Assembly: GCA_965153285.1 (NCBI GenBank)
Contig: OZ229118.1
Source: Podarcis tiliguerta
Taxonomy: Eukaryota
Direction: 5' to 3' (one strand)
DNA: 64,000 bases
Part shown: one piece after another, positions 46,761 through 59,810 of the stretch
Layout of the letters: every line of letters starts with the position of its first letter
Numbering within the stretch: the stretch's first letter is position 1
Made by a program: the position numbers and the translations under genes
The notes under the pieces: generated by a model
The model's database searches: none
Seen by the model: the letters and a program-made list of their open reading frames with translations, nothing else
What the model was told of the DNA's origin: nothing

Positions 46761-49058
46761 CCATACACACACACATACACAGACACATATTCTTTTCTCA
46801 TAATTTTGAAAAAAAACCCTGCATATTGTAAAAGTATGGTAGAACAGAAAAATACCCTTACTGTACAAAATCTGAGTCTCCCTGCTGATGCTCCTCTGAC
46901 TTTTTTTTTTTACTCAACTTGCAACAGGGAGCAGTTTCTCTCAAGTGTACCTTTCCATTCCTTCCCCATTTGTCACACCCTCCTCCGATACAATAAGAGG
47001 AAAGATTGACTCACCTGCAGGGGTAACAAGGAGGCTATTTGCCCTATAGGTGAGAAGTCAAGATCAGGCTATTTAAGCCCACTCCAACTTCCATCTCTCC
47101 TCTTCCCTCTTCTTATTGAGACACCCACCATCCCACCCCTTTTCCAGTTTGGCTTTTGCTAAATGCCTTCATTGAAGGGACTGAGCAAGTATTTGGGGAG
47201 GTGACACTAATTGGCCCTTCATATCTTCTTCTTCGTTTTGCTTACTTCAAGCCTGTTGGGTGTTGCCTGCATGACTGGAGTGGTCAATTTGGCTAACTGA
47301 CATTTGGTCCAAGTGGGTGAGTGGATTTTGGAAAATATCTGATTAATATTGGAGCCAGAGTGGTGTTTGGCCCTGCCAGGGGGGGGGAAATTATTTGCAA
47401 ATTACATGGAAGTGAGTGCTAAACAAGGCTTGTATGTCACGTTAAGCCAGAAATAAACAGTTAGGGAAATGTTCGGGAAAGGGAATAAACTGTTGGTGAA
47501 TGCTGCCTAAGTGAATTATTCTCCCTGTCCAAAGGTAAGAATGGCTACTTAAATTTACTCTGCTACATTTTTGTTATATTCTGAATGAGGCTTTGATTTG
47601 ACAAAATAACCTTTGAAAATTCACACAAAAGAACCAGAACAAAGTCCTGTACCACATGAATTGATTAAGTCAGCAGCAAGCTGCTATTTGTTTAAATTAA
47701 TAATGAAGGGCAGGGGAAAATGCCTGGTAGTTATATTCTTGGCCTATTTAAAGCAGAAATCTGAGCCTTTGACCTGGTATAATCATTTCCCCCCCTCACA
47801 CGATCCTTATGTTGTAAACCACAGAGCTTAACATTTAGCTCATAAATGGATGTAATAAAACTTGACTCAGTTCCAACTTTCCTTGAGAAATTTGATGAGT
47901 TTATTGATTAATGGGAATTATGATTCTGCTTTTAAACTTGGTGTGTATGACCATCACATATGAAGTTTGATGAAAAGTTCCTTTTGCATACAATTGACTT
48001 TCCCCCAATCTGTGCAAACTTCAAACTCTTTGATATATTTGAATCATGAGATTATGAGTGAGCACATGCAAAAATGACCAGACCAGAAATAGGGTAATTC
48101 TTCTATCCCTAATTTCCTCATGAGGCAACAGAAGTTCATTTCAGTAAGAGACTTCCTCCATGATAGTGTAGGGATTTGAATCACCTTTCCTATATCCAAA
48201 TTTGAAACACAGAACTGTAGTCACACTGGAAAACTATGGTTAAATGTGTGACAATTCCTCAGGTAGCTATGGCTACATTCCTATACACACTTAACAAGGA
48301 GAAAATCATATTGAACTCATTGGAGCTTACATAGTGCATATGATTTCATAGAAAATCAGTCAGAGGAAAATAAATTCAAAAATTCTTGCTTAAAAAATAA
48401 ATTAGAACTGAGTCGTGTAGCTTATACCCATTCTTGTTTAATGTTCCCCCTTGCGACCCATGTTTCTGTGTGAAGAACCTTAGTTTTAAGCAATATTATA
48501 TCTGGCAGGCAGGATCTTGATTAAGATGAACTTCAATTAAGATAAATGAGGGCTGCTGCGTCATCACTTTCACATGATGAGGCTTGCATCCTTGGAATAG
48601 TGCTGGAAGTAATGAGGATTTTCAATTTTCTTAGTGAAAGCACAAATTAGATTTGTGCAGGATTGCCTTCCCACCTGGGTTGAAAGTGTATGCACCTATT
48701 AGGGAGCACTGAGGCTGCAATTTCATTACAAAGCTCTCTTCTCTGTATAATGGCGTTCTACTACCTTTCAAACAGGTGAGTCAACAAAGTCTATTTCTGA
48801 GCAAACAAACAAACAAACAAACTTATTTACATAAGGTTAAACTTTTTAAATATTTACTTTTAAAGTATCAAAATGAAGGCAGAACAACAAATACATAAGG
48901 ATGAACTTAACTGCTGCTGATGCAAATAGCTTTCATATCTCTTCATCCCCTACATATGAAATTAGTTGAAAACTGAAGGGGTGGGGTGGGTATTTATAGC
49001 ATGACTTTCCTCCCGGAGTGACAAAAACATCTTTAAAACATTGCTACTAGTCCCAACA

Positions 49059-49410
49059 GGATGCGGGTGGTGCTGTGGGTTAAACCACAGAGCCTAGAAG
49101 TTGCCAATCAGAAGGTCGATGGTTCAAATCCCTACAATGGGGTGAGCTCCTGTTGTTCGGTCCCTGTTCCTGCCAACCTAGCAGTTCGAAAGCACATCAA
49201 AGTACAAGTAGATAAATGGGTACCGCTCCGGCGGGAAGGTAAATGGCATTTCCCTGCGCTGCTCTGGTTCGCCAGAAGCAGCTTAGTCATGCTGGCCACA
49301 CGACCCGGAAGCTGTACACTGGCTCCCTCAGCCAGTAAAGCGAGATGAGTGCTGCAACCCCACCCCAGTCAGCCACGGCTAGACCAAATGGTCAGGGGTC
49401 CCTTTACCTT
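49059..49410 (+). mobile_element. Sauria SINE
   Basis: Full head, body and tail. TSD TACTAGTCCCAACA / TACTACTCCTAACA (49045-49058, 49411-49424; 2 mismatches). Confidence 0.93.
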
Positions 49411-49671
49411 TACTACTCCTAACACTAGTAATCTTATGCCATTCACTACTCCTTGTGGTCAAAGGCCTCAGGAAATGTTGCTTATGTACATACATTGATG
49501 TGGAAATGTGGCAAACTTGACAGAAAATGGGGAGCGGGGGGGGGGCAGGGAATGAGAAACTAAAATGGACAGATTCAGCCATCCCTTAATCGTATCATTG
49601 TTTACCTGGGAGAAAGTCCACTAGGACTCAGTTTGGCTAACTTCTGAGTCATCACTACTCACAGGCCTAGA

Positions 49672-49794
49672 GGACAGGAAGCTCAGTCAGTAGAGTATGA
49701 GGCTCTTAGTCTCAGGGTTGTGGGTTTGAGACCTGCATTGGGCAAAATGATTCCTGCATTGCATTGTCCTTTCCAACTCTACAATTCTATGATT
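49672..49794 (+). mobile_element. tRNA-Lys(CTT)-derived SINE with CR1 3' tail (not a functional tRNA)
   Basis: agctcagtcagtagagtatgaggctcttagtctcagggttgtgggtttgagacctgcattgggc aligns to vertebrate tRNA-Lys-CTT with CpG decay, followed by ttccaactctacaattctatgatt (CR1 terminus). Confidence 0.75.
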
Positions 49795-52504
49795 TTGCCT
49801 CGGGCAAGCCATCTCATCCTTTGAAAACTGGCCCCAAACCTGCATATATTCACCATAGCAGTCACCCTGTTAATCTCATTACAAAATTAATTCTAACTGG
49901 CAACTCACAGAATAGTTGAGGAGGAGTCTATTTATGATATAATAAAAAGATACACTTAATATCCCCACACACCATTATTTATAGGAATGAGCTGTTTACT
50001 GATGGGTGGTTTCTGTTTTTAACATGACTGCCAACTGCCCTCAAAAATATCTGTGAAATTTGTACCGACCGTGCATTATTCATTGTTTACAATTTATCAT
50101 TCATGAGCCTTATTTAAAAACTTTCAATCATCTAGTCAGGGTAGAAACAAATAAATCCCATGAGATTGTGGAATTCACTGAAAGCTTTAAAAACCTGAAT
50201 CCATTTACCAGTTAGAAGCTGGTGTGTCAGTGGTTCATGAAGTGGGGGAAAGCACATATTCTTCCAATTATGTACTATTATGCCTTCCCAAACAGTACAT
50301 GTGGCTGCAAGATAAACTGACAATTATATTCAGATTGGTGTGCCTGCCAACCTGATTATTAACATCCCAGCAGGTCTCCATAAGGAACAATATTCTATTA
50401 GTATGGAATTGGGGGGCAGGATGCTAACTGACCACCACCTTCTTAATTACAAGGGGTTAACTGTATACTTTTGTCCCTAATCCAGCTCTAGTGGACATGA
50501 AAACATGTCTGAAATGTACAAATAAATGCATATCAGATTGTGCCTGCCTCTGAAAGCAATGGAGAGCAAAAAGGCAGCATGCTGCATTGAAATGTAGTTT
50601 CTAACATGCATTCCTATGCACATCCAATATATTTTTGAAATTTCTAATACACAAAAAATATGAGTGCAGAAGCCTGCATATCTGCACCAATCTCCTTTGC
50701 TGGATCAGGATGTGCAATGCCGATTTTAAGTGTTGTGAGTAGATGAATGAAATTCCCAATTTTCTCTAGTCTGTATTTCCTTTGGTTCTAAACCTGCTGT
50801 GTCTAGTACACATGATTTCACCCGGCCATCACCACTACCAAGTGATTACTGAGGAGCCCAGTCTATCAAAACAGCTAATGGGTCTGATTGTAAGAATAAT
50901 GCAGACTGTGCAGTCTTCTTGTGTAGAATATAGGCGTTTAAGGCCCTTCTTCTGATTCACAAGAGCACATTTTGATGTTTGATTAGTAGTGGAAACAGTA
51001 AAAAGATTGTGTCATACATCAACGAAAATAATGTTGATGAACTTGGTCAGTTATAACAAAATGGTACCTCATTTAGGAAACTGATAGCCACTAAGAATAA
51101 GCTGGAGATCATGAATACAGTCAACAGTGATTTCACCTTTGGGGTTGAGGACTGTTGCTATGTACAGTGCATGGGCTTGTTCATGGCCCATGGGAATTTC
51201 AGATATAAACAGATAAAGAAGCACACCCACTGAGAGCTGTTGGAGCACAGGTATACGTGAAATCCTGTTAGCTTAATAATGTGTTAGACATGCTCTACAG
51301 GATGGATTGAGTCATCTTATCAAAATATTGTTACAGCCTAGTTTGAAGCAAGACCCATTAGTCATTTAAGAGAAAGCACAGTGAATGTCATCTTCCATAC
51401 TCTGGTAGCTTTCAAAACTATCATGAAAGCTATCATAATAACAAGGTTAGGGCAAGATAATCTCCAGGCCATTGTCATTGGGAAATTCCAACACTTTAAC
51501 AAGCATGATACAAGTCAGCACAAAAAGAGCAGCATTTGAACGGATTTGATTTCAGTGTTTGAAAAAATGTCATAGGAACATGATAAACTAATAGTAGTGC
51601 TGGGACAGGTGATAACAGGTGACCCAACAAGCTGTTTTTATTTTTTTTAAAGTTTCTGTGTTTTTCTGAAGTTACCAAGTAGGCTGTTGGGATGTGCAAG
51701 TTGTGTGGGTTTGGTGGGTCATAAGCTATACAGATTTGTGCTTGGCTTCCTGCTTGTTTAAATAGATCTCCCCACCCTACCCCACCCAAAAAAGAGGGGG
51801 TCAGATACAGTCTTTTCAAAGGGACATGGAGAGGCATGACTTTCTTACTCATTCAAATATTCTGGGAAAACTAAGCTGTGAAGCAGTGACATACAGATAA
51901 TACATACATTATGTCTATGTGCTTACAAAGATACTTGAATACATGAGGCCCATCTGCTACAGCTTCTCAGTGTTTTCCACTTGTGCACATGCAAATCTGT
52001 TTTTAAAAATCTGTGTGTCTCACTTTAGTCTTTTTAAATGCACTGGGAATCTTTGCCTTTTCAGAGGTGGCATAATGTTGAATGGAATGGCTCCTTCCAG
52101 TGCAGAATTTTGTACATTCACCTTCCCAGCTCATTACCAAGTTCCTGTTCAGCTACATCTTCACTGTACATGGCAGATTCATTTGATGGTCTCAGTAAGG
52201 CATGATAGAAGGCAAGTGCCATATGGGTATGGCTCACGACTGTCTCTCACAGAAGCAATTGACTACAATCAGTTCCAGAGTACATCAGTCACTATCACTT
52301 TGCAGCTGTGCCACAGGGCCATAACCTTGTTGAAAACAGTGAAAGGAGAAAAGACAGTGATAAGGAAAGAGCCTTAAATAAATGGGCTCCTTTACAAAGT
52401 TACACACTCATTCAAGAGCAGAATAGCTTTGTTCTGACATTTCAAAGCAGGCAACAAGTTAGTTACAATTCTTCATACATGGGAAGGTTGTATGTGCACC
52501 TATA

Positions 52505-52856
52505 AAGGTAAAGGGACCCCTGACCACTTGGTCCAGTCGTGACCGACTCTGGGTTTGCAGCGCTCATCTCGCTTTATTGGCCGAGGGAGACAGTGTACAG
52601 CTTCCGGGTCATGTGGCCAGCATGACTAAGCCACTTCTGGTGAACCAGAGCAGCACATGGAAACGCCGTTTACCTTCCCTCTGGAGCTGTACCTATTTAT
52701 CTACTTGCACTTTGATGTGCTTTTGAACTGCTAGGTTGGCAGGAGCAGGGACCGAGCAATGTGAGCTCACCCCGTCGCAGGGATTCGAACCGCCAACCTT
52801 CTGATCGGCAAGTCCTAGGCTCTGTGGTTTAACCCACAGTGCTACCCGCATCCCTC
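52505..52856 (-). mobile_element. Sauria SINE
   Basis: Reverse-complement full copy. Exact TSD TATGTGCACCTATA at 52491-52504 and 52857-52870. Confidence 0.95.
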
Positions 52857-53424
52857 TATGTGCACCTATAGATTTATCCTAAAACGTACCACCACCTGAA
52901 GTGCTGATAACTTTTCTTTGTGATACTGCTGAGATACATTGTTTGGTAGCAAAGACAATGGTGAATTCTATTCAAGGGCTGATTAATAGAAGGGTTTTAC
53001 ATAGTATTATAACACTCTTATAGTGTCGCCACATTTGGAGTGCTGGGTTCAGTAGCAGCCAGCTGGGTGGTCTGCCCAGCTACCCACCTGTCACGGGTTG
53101 AACTGCACCATACCGAGAAAGTGTTGGGGTGAGGCAGGATGTCAGAGAAGGTGGTGCTATATGGAAGGACCAGCAGGAACATCAGATTTGCTCACCTGGT
53201 GTAGCCACATGATCCCAACCTCTGTTCCACCCCAGAACTGTCCAGGTAAACTGCAGAAACACCTGTGCCAGGAGGGCCATTTCTCCCTCCCACACTGGCA
53301 AGAAAGTTCTGGTTGCCCCATGTGGAAAAGGTTATTGTAGAGCTGTAAAATGAGAACCAAAGTTCTCTATATAGTGCTCAATTGCAAATAGAAGCATTAA
53401 AATTGTTAATAAGCATAGATGCCT

Positions 53425-53431
53425 CTTTTCT

Positions 53432-53466
<35 letters not shown>
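53425..53466 (+). repeat. (CTTT)n microsatellite
   Basis: Direct reading. Confidence 0.95.
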
Positions 53467-54659
53467 AAATCAAAATATAATTGAAATTAACTGTTAACAT
53501 GAAGACAGATTAAAACACATGTGACCACTACATTTTGAGATAGGCTTGCCTAAACAAAAATGTTTTAAGCAGGTACCAAAAATTGTTCAGCAAATGTGCT
53601 TGCTTGATGTCAATGTGCAAGGAGTTCTGAAGTGTGGGTGCTGCTATGCTAAAAGATGGATTTTTACAAGTGTGGAATGAATATTTCATGGCACAATTGA
53701 AACAGTCAAGTGGGATACCTCAAGGAAACAGGTCCCAATCTGCTAAGGACTTTGTTTCTGGGTTGAGTTCAAGGTTTTACTATTTGTATCTAAATAGTAA
53801 CGCCTTGAACTCAACCCAGTAACAAATGACAATGAGTGTGGTGTTGGACTACAACCCCCATCAGTCCCAGTCAGGGTCACAGGTATTTCTATCCAATATC
53901 TAGATGACACTATATTGGCATTTGGGGCTTAGAAATTAAAAACACACACAAAGTGAAGACATGATTAGATAAATAATACCCAGTTGTTGAAGTATGAACA
54001 ATGGGTGTGGACTCTTGCCTTCCTACCTAAGTTGTGGGTTTCCTAAAACTATGTGGCTGTTGGAAACAGAATACTGGACTAGAGGGAACTTTGGCCTGAT
54101 AGACTGGGGCTCTTCATATACTCTTGTATAACTCCTTCTACCTCTTTTTGGTCATGTTTTAAACTTCAGGTTTTGAAAACTTGCATGCATGCAAATATTG
54201 TATGTCTGAGTTTGAGAAGATACTGCAGTCAAATGCTTTGTATGTTTGTCCTCATTTCTCAGTATATCTCAGCCTTTTACTTTGATACTATAGATTCTTT
54301 TGATAGTCAGCCAGATGCCATACAGTCAAATTTCAACATGCACTGAGAGATTGGAACTTAGGGAGCAGGTGAAGAAACCTCTTCACTGGGCAATAAAAGC
54401 CTGCACAAAAATGATGGGAATGCATCAATAGTGGCGTTAATCAGCCCTCGGGGTCAGTTTATGCTGCTACAGTTATTATTGCAGACGGTGCTCTCAGCGC
54501 ACTGGGTGGAACATGTTTGAAGCCAGATGTTAGGAACAGCATTTATGAGTATATATATTTTTTTGTGTTTTCAACTATAAAATTACAAAAAAAAGCCATT
54601 GAAACTGACAAACAGCTAAGAGTTGTGCGGCCCCTTAAAGATTTGCAAACTTATTTACC

Positions 54660-54885
54660 ATAAATGTCTGAGATGCATGAAGTGTAATCCTAAATTGGCA
54701 GGCATATGTACACTTAAGGTATATCCATCCACCAGTACCAATTTAGGATTAGATGTCATGCATCTGACAAAGTAAAATATGATCCACAAAATATTACCCC
54801 ATAAAAAAAATGGTTAGCATTTCAGAAGCCATGGGAGTCTGTTATTTTTTGCTGCAGCTGACTAACATGGCTTCCCTTCTGGAAA
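54660..54885 (+). mobile_element. Penelope-like element remnant with inverted arms
   Basis: Inverted repeat 54671-54698 / 54738-54765, followed by ggttagcatttcagaagcc...gactaacatggcttcccttctg, which resembles squamate Penelope termini. Confidence 0.55.
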
Positions 54886-55197
54886 TTGATGTAATGGGAG
54901 TTTCGTTGCAAAATGCATTCCAATAATTAATTACACAGGTTCCAGAAGTTCTGCTCATCCAACATCCACCCAAAATTTAAAGTTCTGAAATACCCAAGCC
55001 TTGTTTCCAACATGGAACCAGCGTCTTAGGGATTCTCCTATTTCTGTTTCTTTGTTTCTGAACTTTGTACAGAGAGCTGTGTGCCACCCATTCTTTATTA
55101 GTAATACAAATCTGTATGTTCATAAAATGTCATAGTATTAGGGAGACACTACATACGGTGGGTGGATTTTTTTAAAAGCATCTGAGGGCCAATTAGA

Positions 55198-55520
55198 CTT
55201 ATTTATTTATGGCACTTGTATGCCACCCATAACATAAAGTTATCTTTGTGGCTTGCCAAGCAATTTTGATATAAAATAAAACACAGAGCCATTAAAAACC
55301 AACCAACACCTCCAAAACTGAACAGATATTTAAGAATCAAAAGACTACACAGTTATTTAAAAGGCCTGCATGAACAAAACGGTCTTCACCTGGTTTAGAA
55401 AAGACTACAAGGATGGTACCAGGTGAGACTCATTGGGAAACCTCTTCCATAACTGGGATGCTACTGACCAAAAGTCAGCCTTCCTGGTCCAGGTTCTTCT
55501 TATGGTTCAGGTAGGCATAT
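55198..55520 (-). mobile_element. Old L2-clade LINE 3' fragment
   Basis: (TTTA)n, then aaaggcctgcatgaacaaaacggtcttcacctgg...ttccataactggg, the reverse complement of an L2 ORF end. Confidence 0.6.
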
Positions 55521-56943
55521 ATGAATAAATTTATTTCACATAGCAGTGTTTTTTTAAGCAAATGTAGGAAGGAGTGAATATCAGGATCAAGATCATGTCA
55601 TATGGGGGAATGGATTTAACGCTTTCTTCCCATGTCACAGTCCTGATAAAAATGGCTTCCTGCTCAGTCCTACTCATTCTAGACAAGACTATTCATTATA
55701 TTTAACATATGGTAGAAATAAGGAATTTAAAAATTAGTTAAAGAAGAGATGGAAGGTGTACATAGGAATTCTTAGAATAGCTTCAGACTTAACCCTGTTA
55801 CTTAAGCCAGCTAAATCAATCTGTTTTCTGGGAGAAAGATCTCTGAATGCATCCCCCCCTTTTTTTTACTAAATTTAGACTGGCAGCCAACATTTATGTG
55901 AGTTACTGAGTCTGACATCTAATTAACACAGCCTTTACAGGTTTAATGAGCAGAGATAAATTTCTATCCTTTCTTTGGCACATTTTAATTAGTTGTAATT
56001 ATGAGTGGAGTGACCTGAAAAGATTGTTGTCCCATGGATTCACAATAAATTTGTATAATTTTTATATGTGGGGACAGAGTGAGCTTTTATGGATGGAAAA
56101 ACTAAAGGTTATTTCAACCATTACACCAGCCATATAATGCCCTTCTGTAAAGCTTGGGTAACCCAAACACTGAACATTAATATTTTATTGCACTGCAGTT
56201 GATGCTTCGTAAATTATATTTATTGTTTTCAATCTGAAGAATAAGTAAGCATGGTGATCGTCGTTGGTCAGCATCAGCATCAGAGGTGCCCAGATCATGT
56301 CTGTGGTCATTTGTCTTTAACATGGTTTTTAACTTTCAGAGCGGGGAGGGGGAATGCTGTGTGCGCGTTTTCCTTATTTATTTGAAATGCCAAGTAACTC
56401 CTAAAATGAAATTGACAAAAACAAGATGAAATACAGCATCCAAACAGACAAAAATGTAGAATCCCTGAGCTAAAAAGGGGGGGGGGGAATCTTCACAAAT
56501 AAACTGTAACGTTGCAGTTATTGCATTTAGGTGGAATTCTATACAAATTTACTTGGGAGCAAACTCCATTAAATGGCTAGGAGCTACAATTCTGAGCACA
56601 CTTAATAGGGTGTGGATAGCTAACGTCTGTCCCAGATGTATGAGACACCCCTAAAGAGCCTACTGATTTGGCAATGGCAGCAAAGAGAAAAAGAAAAGGC
56701 ACAACACTGGGGTGGGGAGAGAGAGATTTAAACTGATGGTGATGCAAATTGACTCCTTCCCAGTCATCAGATTAGCGGGCATGGGGTGATCCGCATCTCT
56801 GCTCCACTGATCTATGTAGATCATCTGAGGAGGCAACTGCATACCTCTATGTGTGCCTCGTGGGTGTGCCTCGTGGGTGTGTACATGCACATGTGCCACA
56901 GTGTGAGATGGTCACATCTGCTTTTGGTCATATCCATATCATA

Positions 56944-57325
56944 GGGACACAGGTGGCACTGTGGTCTAAGCCACTGAGCCTCCTGGGCTCGCCAGTCGGA
57001 AGGTCAGTGGTTCGAATCCTTGTGACGGGGTGAGCTCCTGTTGCTCTGTCCCAGCTCTTGCCAACCTAGCAGCTCGAAAGCATGCCAGTGCAAGTATATA
57101 AACAGGTACCACTGCGGTGGGAAGGTAAACAGCGTTTCTGTGCACTCTGGCTTCCATCGCGGTGCCCCGTTGCGCCAGATGTGGTTTAGTCATGCTGGCC
57201 ACATGACCTGGAAAGTGGTCTGTGGGCAAACGCCGACTCCCTCAGCCTGAAAGTGTGATAAGCATTACAACCCCATAGTCACCTTTGACTGGACTTAACC
57301 ATCCAGGAGTCCTTTATCTTTTTTA
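56944..57325 (+). mobile_element. Sauria SINE (variant with an extra internal segment)
   Basis: gggacacaggtggcactgtggtctaa head and typical body, with extra cttccatcgcggtgccccgttgcgccag and a degraded tail. Confidence 0.9.
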
Positions 57326-59495
57326 CCATATCCATCAGTATCCAGAAAACTGACCAAGGGTGAATGTGGCTTTCACCCTTTCACTAGAGTTAAATACAGT
57401 GGCACTTACTTTTCAGTGTACGTATTTAATATTGCACTGTTGGAAGGGGAATGCTGTACAATGAGAGAGCTACATATACCTGGAATTAACCACTCAATAT
57501 TTCCTTAATTAATTTTGCACTTTTCTTAAATTACCACGTCCATTCCTTGTAGCATCAGTTACTTTTTAGTGCATGGTGACATTCCACCAGGGTATTATTT
57601 GAAATTAGTAATAATAATAATACACATATCAAAGTGATGCCGTGTGGGTGTGCTTAATCATGATGAGACAAGAAGACGTTGCTAGGTGGGTGGTTTGGGG
57701 AGATGCATAAACATTGATTTGAAAACATCCTCCACTGATAAAAATGCCTAAGGTAAATAAAACAGTAATAGTATAGGGGGGGGGGGGATATGAAGGTCCC
57801 AATATATGTCTTTTAAAGCCACGCTGGCCTTTTAACACTTGACCTGAGTCACAGTTGTGCTTAATTAAGCAGTACAAAAACTTTTTTGTTTGTTTGCATT
57901 TGGCAGCAAAATGCTCCCACCACTACGACAGTGAATAGATTTAGTCAATTTTACTTCTTCCCAATTAGCACTTCCTTGTACACCACTCAGAGTGATAAAT
58001 GGTACTTGCAAAACGCGGTGCCTATTTAACAGAAAACAGAACAGCCACCCTAAAAATTAAACCACAGTAGTTCAACTTTGCAGTGGAGAAAGGAAGTCCT
58101 AATTTAAGAACAGCGCAAAAGGGAAAGAAAGGTCTTTTTAAAAACGGTGGACTTGATCCATAGTGTACATTCTATGAATGGAAAGACCCCTTTTGTTCAA
58201 GAAAAGGACTGAAATCCAGGGACAGAGAAGAATGTTGCTCGGTCCCTGTTTGCAAGCAAATTAACCAAATTCACACCTCCTGCGATAGGGATATAATTAT
58301 AGTTTGGATTTTGCACTTCTATGACTTTTGTGATACAGTTCAAAAGCGCATTCCAAAATGCATTTAAAACATGTATTTTAGAATTGAATGTGTTTAGAAA
58401 TGGGTATCTTGAGATAAAATACATATTTAATAGATAAAAAACAGATCAATGAGACTACAGGGCATGTATGAAATTGACATGGACCTATTTGTCCATCCCT
58501 ACTGAGGAATCAGCAAAGACTGTCTTCCCCAGTTTCTCCAGTGAAAATCCCATAAGTGGAATTCCACTCACAGGAATCCAACTCAGTACTGCTATTTTCT
58601 AACCATGTATCACTCTACTAACTTGTGGAGGAAGAGGATCTGCATACAGTTCAAATGTTATATATTAATAAATATCAGTGGAATTAACAACAACAATGTG
58701 GCACTGTATGCTCACTTCCTAACAGAAATGTCCCCATTGAGAGTTCCAGCCTGCCTTTGTCCAAGATAAAATAAACTCCTTGGGACTCAAGCAAGCCAAT
58801 TCAATCTCTCCACCATTCATTTTTCAGTTCCAGGCTCCTAGGGTCCAGTGATCAAGTTTAGTCCCACATTGGCTTTTTTTACGGGGGTGGTGGTGGTATG
58901 TTTTGTGTTGGTTTTTTAATTGCATTTCTTCAAATTTTGGGCTTCCCTTGAGCATGCTGATACCTCACTCTTGTGTCTCAGTAGGTGCCTTTTTCTTTCA
59001 TTTCTGTTGACATGAGAGCCCTGAGTTGGAGGGTTTTTTTCTTACCAGGGGAGAAAGGAGAAAAGGGATGTTGGTGTTAGTGGCAGCTCCACTTTTGCTG
59101 CATGACCATAAAATATATGTGATTGACTGTCTGCAACTGTGTTTAAAAGCAGCTCTTAGAAAAGGAAAGAAACTCTGCTAGTTTTGTAATATATGAGACG
59201 ACTTGGAAAAGCTCCTGTGAAATCCACTTTCTCTCACTTAATGCTGATTTAGGTGTTACTTCATTAGCAGGAATAATAGATATGAGACTTTCTCTCCACC
59301 AAATCAGTTTTTCTTGTTAAAAGCAAAGGACTAACAAATTTAACTGCATTAAGAAAATACAATTTGCACAACTTTAAGTAGCCCGCATTTTTTTTTTTTT
59401 TTTGCATTTTCTTCTTTTTATTATGAGATAATGTATAGCTGGGGGGGAAACCACTGTGGAATTAAAGGGTAAAAAGTAGAAAACACTATTTAAAT

Positions 59496-59632
59496 CAAGG
59501 AAAACGAACCTGTGGCCCTCCAGATGGACTCCAACTGCCCCTAGCCCTAGCCAGCATGGCCAATGATGGGGGCAGGGGTGATGGGAGCTGGAGTCAAACC
59601 ATATCTGTATAGACCTAGGCTTCCCACCCCTG
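59496..59632. mobile_element. hAT/URR1-like MITE
   Basis: TSD ATTTAAAT / ATTTAAAC (59488-59495, 59633-59640). Family core ccagcatggccaatgat...gatgggagctggagtc. Confidence 0.75.
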
Positions 59633-59810
59633 ATTTAAACCAAGAGCAACAATTTATGCAGCACATATTGGTATTACAAAAAGGAGCACTGGTATTGCAT
59701 TCATAATAGACAGAGCAAATAATAGACAGAGGCAGGGACTGGGAGAAGCGAGACCACAACTTCTTTTTATCCCTTGGTAATGGTTATAATCAATATTGGC
59801 AGGATATAGG

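Noticed and set aside
49680-49745. tRNA-Lys gene
   Set aside because: The T-loop and stems are mutated, there is no terminator, and it is fused to a CR1 tail. It is a SINE head.
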